Assembly (NCBI GenBank): GCA_964535465.1
Contig: CAZHUY010000001.1
Span: 1 to 62,129, forward strand
Direction: 5' to 3'
DNA from: an uncultured Myxococcales bacterium
GTDB taxonomy: Bacteria > Myxococcota_A > Polyangia > Fen-1088
Length of the DNA: 62,129 nt
In this document: positions 52,389-60,410 of the stretch, piece after piece
How the letters are laid out: each line of letters opens with the position of its first letter
How positions within the stretch are numbered: position 1 is the first letter of the stretch
The notes under the pieces: model-generated
The model's input: the letters and a program-made list of their open reading frames with translations, nothing else
Told to the model about the DNA's origin: nothing
Database searches by the model: none
Translations under genes and position numbers: made by a program

Positions 52389-54557
52389 TCAGTAGAAGTA
52401 CAGCTCCGCGCCGGGATCCGTCTGATTGGTGTATCCGCCCACCACCAGCACCTTGCGGTTGGGCAGCGCGGTTGCCGTGTGCCCAACGCGCGTGAACGCC
52501 ATGTTGCCCGAGGCCGTGAAGACCCGGCTGGTGGGGTTGTAGATCTCGCTGCTGGCGAGGTCTTCGACCCCGTTGACCTTCTGCCCCCCGATGACGAGCA
52601 CCGTTCCGTCCGCCAACACGACGGACGCTGCTTGAGACCTCGGGACGGTCATGTCAGAGGTGGCCACGGAGGTCTGGCTGTCGGGGTCGTACACCTCCGC
52701 GCTCTTGACGATGACCAGCGTCTGGTCAAGCCCTCCGGCGAGGAGCACGCTGTTGTTGGGCAGCAGCGCGATGGCTGAGTAGTTCCGTGTGGCGTTCATC
52801 GCCCCCAGCGGGGGAAAGCTCTGGCTCGCCGGATCGTAGGAGTAAACGGTCTTGCCGCCGTTTCCGCCCAGGATCAGGAATTTCGGAGGCGTGGTCGGTA
52901 CGGAAAGCATGGTGTGGTCCAAGAACCCCTGGGTGATTCTGGTGCCGATCGCCGCGAAAGTTCCCGTATCGGGGTCATAGAGCTCGCCGTCGTCATACCG
53001 GTTGACACCACCCTGGCCGCCGGTGACGAGCACCGTTCCGTCCGCCAACAAGAGAGCCGCGTGATGGGCCCGCGCCTTGATCATCCGGCCCGTGGCCACG
53101 AACTTTCCCGTGGTCGGGTCATAAAGCTCGGCCGTCGATTGCGAATCGCCGCTCGCGGGCTCGCCGCCACAGATCAGCACCTTGCCGTTCGCCAGAAGGG
53201 TGGCCGTGTGATTGACCCGTGGCCCCGTCATCGGGCCAGTCGCCACGAAGGTCTGCGTCGCCGGTTCGTATAGCTCCGCGTGCCCGTCGGTATCATTCAT
53301 CCCGCCGGCGATGAGCACCTTGCCATTGGGCAGCAGGGTGGCCGTGTGCCCACCACCCATCCACTTGAGCATGCGCACGCTGGCAAAATGCCCTGGCCCG
53401 ACCGCGACGACCGTGACGGTGGCCGTCTTCGCGGTCCCCGCCGGATTGGTGACGGTCAAGGTGTAGGTTTTCGCGCTGGTCAGGGCGCCCGTGCTGAACG
53501 GGGTGCCGCTGGTGACGTTGCCAATGCTCTGATCGATGCTTCCTGTTCCATTCTCGAAATTCGCCGTCAGGGTGGTGCTGGAACCACTGGCGATCGGGGT
53601 CAGGGCAGCCTGGAACGACGAGATGGTCGGCAAGGGAACCACCGTGACCTTGGCCGTGGCGGTCTTGGTCTCTCCCAAGGCGTTGGTCACCGTCAGGGTG
53701 TAGGTCGTGGTCTCCAAGGGGTTGCACGTGACAACCGCCTCACTGCTCACCGTTCCAACACCCTGGTCAACCGTGGCATCGCCGCCACTGAATACGGCGC
53801 TGAGGGTGATGTTCGATCCCGCGCTGATGATCTCGGGCATGGCGACGAAGCCGGTGATGGTCGGAGACGCGACCACGGTCACCCTCGCCTGTCTTGTCAG
53901 CTTGGCACCCGCGGCGTTCTCCGCCGTGAGGGTATAGACCGTGGTCTCGGCGGGCGTGACCGTGATCGAGGTGCGATCCGTCACCACCCCGACGCCCTGA
54001 TCGATGGTGAGCCGGATGGCCCCGGTTACGGCCCAAGTGAGGGTGCTGCTCTTCCCCTCGCCGATGGACTCGGGTGTGGCGGAGAAGCTGCTGATCGAAG
54101 GATGCGAAATGGTCAGCGTGGTGCCCCCGGTACCCGCGCCGCCGGTCCCTGACTGACCAGCCGTCCCGCTGCTCGCGGGGGTTCCGGCACTGGCGTCCGT
54201 GCCGGCATCCCTGGCACCGCCTCCACCTCCCGAGCCTCCGCCCGCCCCTCCGACACCGCCGGTCCCGCTGATCGGGGCATCCCTGTCTTGGGCGACAAGA
54301 ACGTCTTCCCCTCGTCCGGCATCCGCCGCCGCAAGGGAATCGACCGGGCCAGCCTCGGGGTTTTCCGGCCTGGCGGTCTCGCCCGCGCCAACATCAACGT
54401 CCACGTTTTCACTGGCGGCATCGAGGACAGCGGCGTCGGGCAAAGCCGTGCTTCCGCCCAGCGCCCCATCTCCCGCACCGGTATCATTGGACTTCGCGTT
54501 GTAGCCACAGGCCGTGGCGAGGGAGCACAAGACAACTAGTAAAGTACGACGGTGCAT
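52389..54557 (-). CDS. Kelch-repeat beta-propeller lipoprotein with three Ig-like domains (paralogue of 43650-45851)
   Basis: 722-aa ORF with lipobox SLATAC, a G/A/D-rich region and three ~85-aa Ig-like repeats (SSTLTWAVTG..., NITLSAVFSGGDATV..., STTLTANFENGTGSI...). Kelch blades follow (HTATLLPNGKVLIAGG etc.). Confidence 0.8.
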   Translation of the reverse strand: MHRRTLLVVLCSLATACGYNAKSNDTGAGDGALGGSTALPDAAVLDAASENVDVDVGAGETARPENPEAGPVDSLAAADAGRGEDVLVAQDRDAPISGTGGVGGAGGGSGGGGGARDAGTDASAGTPASSGTAGQSGTGGAGTGGTTLTISHPSISSFSATPESIGEGKSSTLTWAVTGAIRLTIDQGVGVVTDRTSITVTPAETTVYTLTAENAAGAKLTRQARVTVVASPTITGFVAMPEIISAGSNITLSAVFSGGDATVDQGVGTVSSEAVVTCNPLETTTYTLTVTNALGETKTATAKVTVVPLPTISSFQAALTPIASGSSTTLTANFENGTGSIDQSIGNVTSGTPFSTGALTSAKTYTLTVTNPAGTAKTATVTVVAVGPGHFASVRMLKWMGGGHTATLLPNGKVLIAGGMNDTDGHAELYEPATQTFVATGPMTGPRVNHTATLLANGKVLICGGEPASGDSQSTAELYDPTTGKFVATGRMIKARAHHAALLLADGTVLVTGGQGGVNRYDDGELYDPDTGTFAAIGTRITQGFLDHTMLSVPTTPPKFLILGGNGGKTVYSYDPASQSFPPLGAMNATRNYSAIALLPNNSVLLAGGLDQTLVIVKSAEVYDPDSQTSVATSDMTVPRSQAASVVLADGTVLVIGGQKVNGVEDLASSEIYNPTSRVFTASGNMAFTRVGHTATALPNRKVLVVGGYTNQTDPGAELYFY

Positions 54558-54703
54558 GGGAAGCCTCCATGAACGGTGTCTCCAGCGGGCGGATTCACCG
54601 CATCGGCATGTTACATCGGCGGATCTGTATTGCTAACGTTGAGCTTCTTCGCGGGCCGCGAAGATCTTCGGGTCGCTGATTTGATCAGATGTTCCGGGGG
54701 TAA

Positions 54704-54735
54704 GGCCGTGGCCGTGGCCGTGGCCGTGGCCGTGG
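54704..54735. repeat. (GGCCGT)5 hexanucleotide microsatellite, left arm of a long hairpin
   Basis: Five perfect GGCCGT units plus GG. CGTGGCCGTGG pairs with CCACGGCCACG at 54760-54770 (11-bp stem, ~24-nt loop). It lies between the HIT stop and the Kelch gene start. Confidence 0.85.
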
Positions 54736-54780
54736 ACGCGGACGGTTGGAAGTGTCCGGCCACGGCCACGACCACGTCTA

Positions 54781-54816
54781 CGATCAGGTCTACCTCTGCG
54801 ATCAGGTCTACTTCTG
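54781..54816. repeat. Tandem 18-bp direct repeat
   Basis: CGATCAGGTCTACCTCTG followed by CGATCAGGTCTACTTCTG (1 mismatch), immediately after the hairpin and 50 nt downstream of the HIT stop. Confidence 0.85.
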
Positions 54817-54866
54817 AGACGGTCCGGCTTTCGGATGCAGGACCGCGCTGTGGTTCATTCCTCTGC

Positions 54867-55211
54867 CTACCCCGGAGGCCAGCCCAGCACCCGCCCCGCC
54901 AGCACGTGCAGGTGGATGTGGTGCACGGTTTGGCCGGCGTCGGGTCCGGCGTTCATGACCACGCGGAAGCCGCCGTTGGCCTGGCCCGATTCCTTGGCCA
55001 GGCGCGCGCCCGCCAGCATCAGCTTGCCCAAAAGGTCGGCGTCGCCTGCCTGGGCCTCGGCCAGGCTGGCCACGTGGCGCAGGGGGATCACCAGTTGATG
55101 GAAGGGTGCTTGCGGGTTGATGTCCCGAAACGCCAAGACATCGTCGTCGCGATAGGTGATGGCGGCGGGAATCTTGCCGTCGCGGATCTTGCAGAACAGG
55201 CAGTCGCTCAT
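54867..55211 (-). CDS. HIT-family (HinT-like) nucleotide hydrolase
   Basis: Start at MSDCLFCKI (55211), preceded by an AAGGAG RBS. The histidine triad is TVHHIHLHVL. Confidence 0.9.
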   Translation of the reverse strand: MSDCLFCKIRDGKIPAAITYRDDDVLAFRDINPQAPFHQLVIPLRHVASLAEAQAGDADLLGKLMLAGARLAKESGQANGGFRVVMNAGPDAGQTVHHIHLHVLAGRVLGWPPG

Positions 55212-55221
55212 CGGGGTCTCC

Positions 55222-56454
55222 TTAGTGTAAATACGACTTGATGGCGTCGTACCAGATCTGCGCCATGACCGAGTAACCGGCGTCCTTGGGGTGCAGCTCA
55301 TCGTTCATGAGCGCGGTCTTGTAGTTGGAGTTGGCGGTGAAGGCCGCGTACATGTCGACCATCTTGAGGTTCTTGCCCGCGCTGATGCGTGACTGGACCT
55401 CGGTCGCGATACCATCGTTGTAGGTTCGCACGCGGCCGTTGGTGGTGTCGTTGGTGGTGGGGACCAACTTGGCCACCACGATCAACGCCTTGGGCGCCTG
55501 CTCGATGATCTTGTCCAATAGCTCACCCATGCGTTTGGGGGCGTTGGAGAGATCCAGGTTGATGTTCACGTCGTTGGTGCCGATCATCAGCAGGATGATG
55601 TGGGGCGAGTTGGTCTTCATGGTGTTGTCGACCAAGTCGTAGATGCCGTCTCGGCCGCCGCCGTCCTTGATGGTCCACCCCGAGTGGCCTTCGTGGCTCT
55701 GGGGGAATGATATGGTCTGGCCATTGACCGTGACGGTTCCCGGGCCGTTCTTTGAGTTCCCCACGAAGGTGATGCCCTTGCTGTCGTTCAGGGCGAGCTT
55801 GAACAGCGGAACGCGATAACCGCCACCCGATGATCCTATGCCGTCAGTGATGGAATCGCCAAAGGGCATGAGCTTGCAGGCCGAGCCGTCGGTGGGACAA
55901 AAGCCGCTGGCCGTGCTGCTGTCGGGATTCGAGCTTTGGGCATCAGGGGCGCCATCGACGCCGGCGTCCGGGCCGGGTGAGGTTCCGGTAGAGGCGGTGC
56001 CGCCCACGCCGCCCTGCGAGTTGCCGCCGGTGGAGCCCCCCGTGACGGTCCCTCCAGTTCCGCCGGTGGAGCCCCCCGTGACGGTCCCTCCAGTTCCGCC
56101 GGTGGCCGTGCCGCCCGTGCCGCCGGTACCGCCGCACTTACAGCCCCCGGTGACGTAAGTGGAAGAGCTGCTGCTCTTTCCGGCCGTGCCGCCCGTACCG
56201 CCGGTGCTGCTCGAGGTCTGTCGGCCGCCCGAACCCGCGCGACTGCTGGACGAGCCGCCCTGACTGGACTGAGAGCCTCCCGCACCAGCGCCACCGCTGC
56301 TGCTCCCGCTCTGGCCCGCGCCGCTCTTCCCGGCGCCGCCGCCTTCGCCCGAACCGCTGTCACAACCGAACAGGCCCAAGCAGGCCAGGGACACGACCAG
56401 GGCACTCACCCGAAGCACGCAAACGCTTGGTTTCGATGAAGGGCTGTTGGACAT
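55222..56454 (-). CDS. Secreted SGNH/GDSL hydrolase lipoprotein with Gly/Ser/Thr linker
   Basis: Start at MSNSPSS (56454), preceded by an AGGAG RBS. Lipobox GLFGC. The SGNH blocks are MPFGDSITDG, HEGHSGW, MIGTNDV and DELHP. Confidence 0.8.
   Translation of the reverse strand: MSNSPSSKPSVCVLRVSALVVSLACLGLFGCDSGSGEGGGAGKSGAGQSGSSSGGAGAGGSQSSQGGSSSSRAGSGGRQTSSSTGGTGGTAGKSSSSSTYVTGGCKCGGTGGTGGTATGGTGGTVTGGSTGGTGGTVTGGSTGGNSQGGVGGTASTGTSPGPDAGVDGAPDAQSSNPDSSTASGFCPTDGSACKLMPFGDSITDGIGSSGGGYRVPLFKLALNDSKGITFVGNSKNGPGTVTVNGQTISFPQSHEGHSGWTIKDGGGRDGIYDLVDNTMKTNSPHIILLMIGTNDVNINLDLSNAPKRMGELLDKIIEQAPKALIVVAKLVPTTNDTTNGRVRTYNDGIATEVQSRISAGKNLKMVDMYAAFTANSNYKTALMNDELHPKDAGYSVMAQIWYDAIKSYLH
56024..56105. 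repeat. Perfect 36-bp tandem repeat (2.3 units) inside the SGNH hydrolase linker
   Basis: CCGCCGGTGGAGCCCCCCGTGACGGTCCCTCCAGTT occurs at 56024-56059 and 56060-56095, with a partial third unit. It encodes the repeated GGTGGTVTGGST. Confidence 0.9.
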
Positions 56455-56476
56455 CTCTATCTCCTTTAAGGCTCGT

Positions 56477-56980
56477 TCAAGGCCCGGCCCGCATGCACTG
56501 TTTGTAGGGCACACGGCCGGGCAGCGCGGGGATCTCTTTGCATTCTTCGCCGCGCGGGCAATCGGGATCTTCTTCGCAGGCGGTCGAGATGGCGTACCAG
56601 CCGGCCGCGCCGATGACGGCGGCCGCGCCCACCGCGGTGGTGATGATGCCGAGGTTGGCGGTTCCATCCTGGTCCCGACGCGCGCCCACCGCCCAGGTCG
56701 TGCCCCCTCCCGCCAGCAGGGCCGCCCCCACCCCGGCGAGGATCTTCGGGCCGGTGTAGCCCCGCGCGCACCCGCCCGCCAGGCACACGACGATTCCAAT
56801 GGCCACGAGAGCCCTGGGGGCGAAACGCGAGCCAGCTTGTCGGGGTGACCGCACGGACAGACGATCGCCCATCTCGCGCGTCTCGTCCACTGACCTGGCT
56901 CGGGTATTTGCCCGAGCCAGTCCGAAGTCGTATTTTGGAGCCTCGCCCTCTTCGCGGTTCGCGTCAGACACTCGGCTCAT
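56477..56980 (-). CDS. Hypothetical membrane/lipoprotein with Gly-rich helices and C-terminal Cys motif
   Basis: Start taken at MSRVSD (56980); MGDRLSV is an alternative. It has hydrophobic segments ALVAIGIVVCLAGGC and GIITTAVGAAAVIGAAGWYAI and ends CEEDPDCPRGEECK...CM. Its stop lies 22 nt upstream of the SGNH start. Confidence 0.5.
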   Translation of the reverse strand: MSRVSDANREEGEAPKYDFGLARANTRARSVDETREMGDRLSVRSPRQAGSRFAPRALVAIGIVVCLAGGCARGYTGPKILAGVGAALLAGGGTTWAVGARRDQDGTANLGIITTAVGAAAVIGAAGWYAISTACEEDPDCPRGEECKEIPALPGRVPYKQCMRAGP

Positions 56981-57038
56981 TTGATGTCCGTCGGGCTTGA
57001 TTCCCGACCCAGCCTGTCGTAATTCCGTCCAACTTCCC

Positions 57039-58028
57039 ATGCCCGAGATGAACATCATCCAGGCCGTGAACGACTGCCTTCGGGTCGAGATGCGGCGAGA
57101 TAAACGCGTCGTGGTTCTGGGCGAGGACGTGGGGCGCTTTGGCGGCGTCTTCCGCGCGACCGTGGGGCTGCGCGAAGAATTCGGCCCCGAACGCTGCATG
57201 GACACGCCGCTGGCGGAAAACGGCATCGTGGGTTGCGCCATCGGCATGGCGCTCTACGGGCTGCGGCCGGTGGCGGAGATCCAGTTCGCCGACTACGTCT
57301 ACCCGGCCTACGACCAGATCGTGAACGAGCTGGCCAAGATGCGCTACCGCTCGGGCGGCGAGTACAGCTCGCCGGTGGTGGTGCGCATGCCGGCCGGCGG
57401 CGGCATCAAGGGCGGGCACTACCATTCGCAATCGCCCGAGACGGTGTTCATCCACACGCCGGGCCTCAAGGTCGTCTATCCCTCGAATCCGGCGGACACC
57501 AAGGGCCTGCTGGCCTCGGCCATCCGCGGCGAGGATCCGGTCATCTTCATGGAGCCCAAGCGCTACTACCGCGCGGCCAAGGGCGAGGTCCCCGAGGGCG
57601 AGTATCTGGTGCCCTTGGGCAAGGCGGCGGTGCTGCAAGAGGCGGCGGGACGCTCGGCGCGCTCGGTGACCCTGCTGGCTTGGGGCGCGATGGTGCACAC
57701 CTCGATGGAGGCGGCGGAGAAGGCGGTGGGCATGGGCTACGACGTGGAGGTCATCGACCTGCGCACCCTGCTGCCCTTCGACATCGAGACCATTCTGGCG
57801 TCGGTGAAGAAGACCGGCCGGGTGATCGTGGTGCACGAGGCGCCACGCACCTGCGGCTTCGGCGCCGAGCTGGCCGCCAGCATTCAAGAGCGCGCCCTGC
57901 TGAGCCTGGAGGCGCCCATCCTGCGCGTGACCGGCTTCGACACTCCGTTCCCCTACACCCTGGAAATGGAATACCTGCCCAACGTCGGTCGCATCCTGGA
58001 CGCGATCGAGCGCATCACCACCGGCTAG
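57039..58028 (+). CDS. 2-oxoacid (branched-chain/pyruvate-type) dehydrogenase E1 beta subunit
   Basis: Start at MPEMNIIQAVN. VVVLGEDVGRFGGVFRAT, DTPLAENGIVG and EIQFADYVYPAYDQI are typical of E1 beta. Confidence 0.9.
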   Translation: MPEMNIIQAVNDCLRVEMRRDKRVVVLGEDVGRFGGVFRATVGLREEFGPERCMDTPLAENGIVGCAIGMALYGLRPVAEIQFADYVYPAYDQIVNELAKMRYRSGGEYSSPVVVRMPAGGGIKGGHYHSQSPETVFIHTPGLKVVYPSNPADTKGLLASAIRGEDPVIFMEPKRYYRAAKGEVPEGEYLVPLGKAAVLQEAAGRSARSVTLLAWGAMVHTSMEAAEKAVGMGYDVEVIDLRTLLPFDIETILASVKKTGRVIVVHEAPRTCGFGAELAASIQERALLSLEAPILRVTGFDTPFPYTLEMEYLPNVGRILDAIERITTG

Positions 58029-58042
58029 CCACGAGGAGATCC

Positions 58043-59242
58043 ATGGCCTACGAGTTCAAGCTGCCCGACATCGGCGAGGGAATGGCAGAGGGCGAAATCG
58101 TCCGCTGGCTGGTCAAGGAGGGCGACGTCCTCAAGCAGGATCAGCCCATGGTGGAGATCATGACCGACAAGGCCACGGTGGAGATCGCCACCCCGCGCGC
58201 CGGCACCGTGCGCACCCGCTGCTTTGCCGAGGGCCAGCGCTGCCCGGTGGGCGAGGTGCTGGTGGTCATCGACGAGGCCAACGATGAGGCGCCCACGCCC
58301 AAGCCGATGGCGGTGACGCCGCCGCCGGTGTCGCGCCCCGCGCCCGCGCCGCTGCCGCCCCCCGTGGCCAAGCCCGAGACGGTGTTGGCCACGCCCGCCG
58401 TGCGCAAACTGGCGCGCGAGATGGACGTGGACCTGACCCGCATCACCGGCACGGGCCATGGCGGTCAAATCACCGGCGAAGACGTGCGCGCCGCCAAGGT
58501 GGCCACCGGCTTGGTGGCTCCGGCCCCGCGCCCCACGGTCAGCGGCGACGTGCGCATCCCCTTCAAGGGCGTGCGCCGCAAGATCGCCGAGCACATGCTG
58601 CGCAGCCAGCGCGAGGTGGCCTCGTTCACCTACGTCGAGGAGGTGGACGCCACCGAGCTGGTCGAGCTGCGCAGCAAGGCCGAGGTCCGCGTGGCCAGCC
58701 ACGGCATCAAGCTGACCTACCTGCCCTTCTTCATTCGGGCGGTGGTGGACGCGCTCAAGAAACAGCCGCAGCTCAACGCCTACCTCGACGAAAAGGCGGG
58801 CGAGATCGTGCAGCGACGTGAGATCCACATCGGCGTGGCCGCGCAGACCCCCGAAGGTCTCATGGTCCCGACCATTCGCAACGCCGACAAGAAGTCGCTG
58901 TTGGAACTGGCCCGCGACGTCGAACGCATCGCCACCGCGGCCCGCACTGGCAAGATCTCGCCCGACGATCTGACCGATTCCACGTTCACCATCACCAGCC
59001 TGGGCACCCTGGGCGGTATCGTGGCGACCCCGATGATCAACTACCCCGAGGTGGCCATCCTGGCGGCCCACAAGATCACCAAACGGCCGGTGGTGGAGGA
59101 CGACAAGATCGTCATCCGCGAGATGATGAACCTCTCGCTCTCGGTGGATCACCGCATGGTCGACGGCTACGACGCCGCCAAGTTCGTGGCCGAGGTGAAG
59201 GCCTCGCTCGAAACCCCGGGGCTGCTCTTCCTCGAGGCCTAG
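58043..59242 (+). CDS. Dihydrolipoamide acyltransferase E2
   Basis: Start at MAYEFKLPDIGEG, preceded by a GAGGAG RBS. It has a lipoyl-Lys motif (IMTDKATVEI), a PSBD (ATPAVRKLAREMDVDL) and a catalytic DHRMVDG. Confidence 0.9.
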   Translation: MAYEFKLPDIGEGMAEGEIVRWLVKEGDVLKQDQPMVEIMTDKATVEIATPRAGTVRTRCFAEGQRCPVGEVLVVIDEANDEAPTPKPMAVTPPPVSRPAPAPLPPPVAKPETVLATPAVRKLAREMDVDLTRITGTGHGGQITGEDVRAAKVATGLVAPAPRPTVSGDVRIPFKGVRRKIAEHMLRSQREVASFTYVEEVDATELVELRSKAEVRVASHGIKLTYLPFFIRAVVDALKKQPQLNAYLDEKAGEIVQRREIHIGVAAQTPEGLMVPTIRNADKKSLLELARDVERIATAARTGKISPDDLTDSTFTITSLGTLGGIVATPMINYPEVAILAAHKITKRPVVEDDKIVIREMMNLSLSVDHRMVDGYDAAKFVAEVKASLETPGLLFLEA

Positions 59243-59246
59243 GCGC

Positions 59247-60365
59247 ATGGCTGAAAAGCCGACCAGCAAGATTCGTTCGGGCCAGATCACGGGCACCATC
59301 ATCGAAGCCTTCAGCGAGGCGGACGAGGCGCGCGCCACCGGCCTGGTGCGCATCCTGGACGAGACGGGCCACGCCAAAGGGAGCATCCCCGATCTGTCAC
59401 CCGCCGAGCTGATTCGCATGTTCGAGGGCATGGTGCAAAGCCGCCTGCTCGACGAGACCATCGGCAAGCTGCAGAGGACGAGCCGCGTGGGCCCCTGGTA
59501 CGGGACGCGGGGGCAGGAGGCAGGCGTCATCGCGGGGGCGCAGGCGCTGGGCCAGCAGGACTATTTCGTGCCCGGCCGTCGCGAGTCCTACGCGGCCCTC
59601 ACCCGCGGCCTGCCGCTGCGCGCCTTCCTGGCGCATGCCCTGGGCAACACCCACGACGTGGCGCATGGCCGCCAGGCGCCTGGGTTGCTGGGCTCGCGGA
59701 GCTGTCACCTTCTCAGCGTGTCGTCCAGCGTGGCCTCGCACCTGCCGCACGCCACCGGGTTGGCCTTCGCCGCTCGGGCCCGCGGGGACAAGGCCGCGGT
59801 GCTGGCCTTTCTGAGCGAGGACGCCACCAGCCAGGATGACTTCCAGTCGGCCCTGAATTTCGCGGCGGTGTGGAAGGCGCCGGTGGTCTTCGTCTGCCAG
59901 AACGGAGGCGAAGCCCCAGAGCTGACCGCCGCGCGCACGGTGGCCATGAAGGGGCTGGCCTTTGGCGTGCCTTCCGTGCGTGTGGACGGCAACGACGTAC
60001 TGGCGCTCTATTCGGTGATCAAGGGCGCGCTCGATCTGGCGCGGACCGGCCGCGGTCCCACTTTCATCGAAGCGGTCACCTGCCCGGTGGCCGAGCACCA
60101 GGAGGAATCCGCGAAGCTCGCGGCTCAGGATCCGATTCGTCGTTTCGGCGCCTGGCTGGAGGCGCGCAAGCTCCTGGATGGTGCGGCCCAGAAGGCGACG
60201 CACGCACGGCTGCACAAGGAGCTGCAGGATGCGCTCGACGCCGAGGAGCCGGCGGGCACCCCCTCGTCCCCCTCGATGTTCGACGATGTCCTGGCCGAAC
60301 CGAGCTGGCTGCTGGAAGAGCAGCGCGCCGAGTTCCTGCGCTCGCGCAAGCGCCGGGCTGGCTGA
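59247..60365 (+). CDS. 2-oxoacid dehydrogenase E1 alpha-like subunit with atypical ThDP motif
   Basis: 372-aa ORF colinear with E1 alpha (GTRGQEAG..., ...HLPHATGLAFAAR...). The GDG-x(24-27)-NN ThDP/Mg motif reads SED...QNGG (59814-59909). Confidence 0.75.
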   Translation: MAEKPTSKIRSGQITGTIIEAFSEADEARATGLVRILDETGHAKGSIPDLSPAELIRMFEGMVQSRLLDETIGKLQRTSRVGPWYGTRGQEAGVIAGAQALGQQDYFVPGRRESYAALTRGLPLRAFLAHALGNTHDVAHGRQAPGLLGSRSCHLLSVSSSVASHLPHATGLAFAARARGDKAAVLAFLSEDATSQDDFQSALNFAAVWKAPVVFVCQNGGEAPELTAARTVAMKGLAFGVPSVRVDGNDVLALYSVIKGALDLARTGRGPTFIEAVTCPVAEHQEESAKLAAQDPIRRFGAWLEARKLLDGAAQKATHARLHKELQDALDAEEPAGTPSSPSMFDDVLAEPSWLLEEQRAEFLRSRKRRAG

Positions 60366-60410
60366 ACGCGCCGCCGACGCGGTTCCGTGTTCTAATCGAT
60401 CCCGTCGACG

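Noticed and set aside
54576-55241. 221-aa + strand ORF and His-Gly / Thr-Ala repeat reading frames through the (GGCCGT)5 microsatellite
   Set aside because: The + ORF is antisense to the HIT gene and runs through the non-coding spacer. None of the repeat-containing frames has a plausible start codon or RBS.
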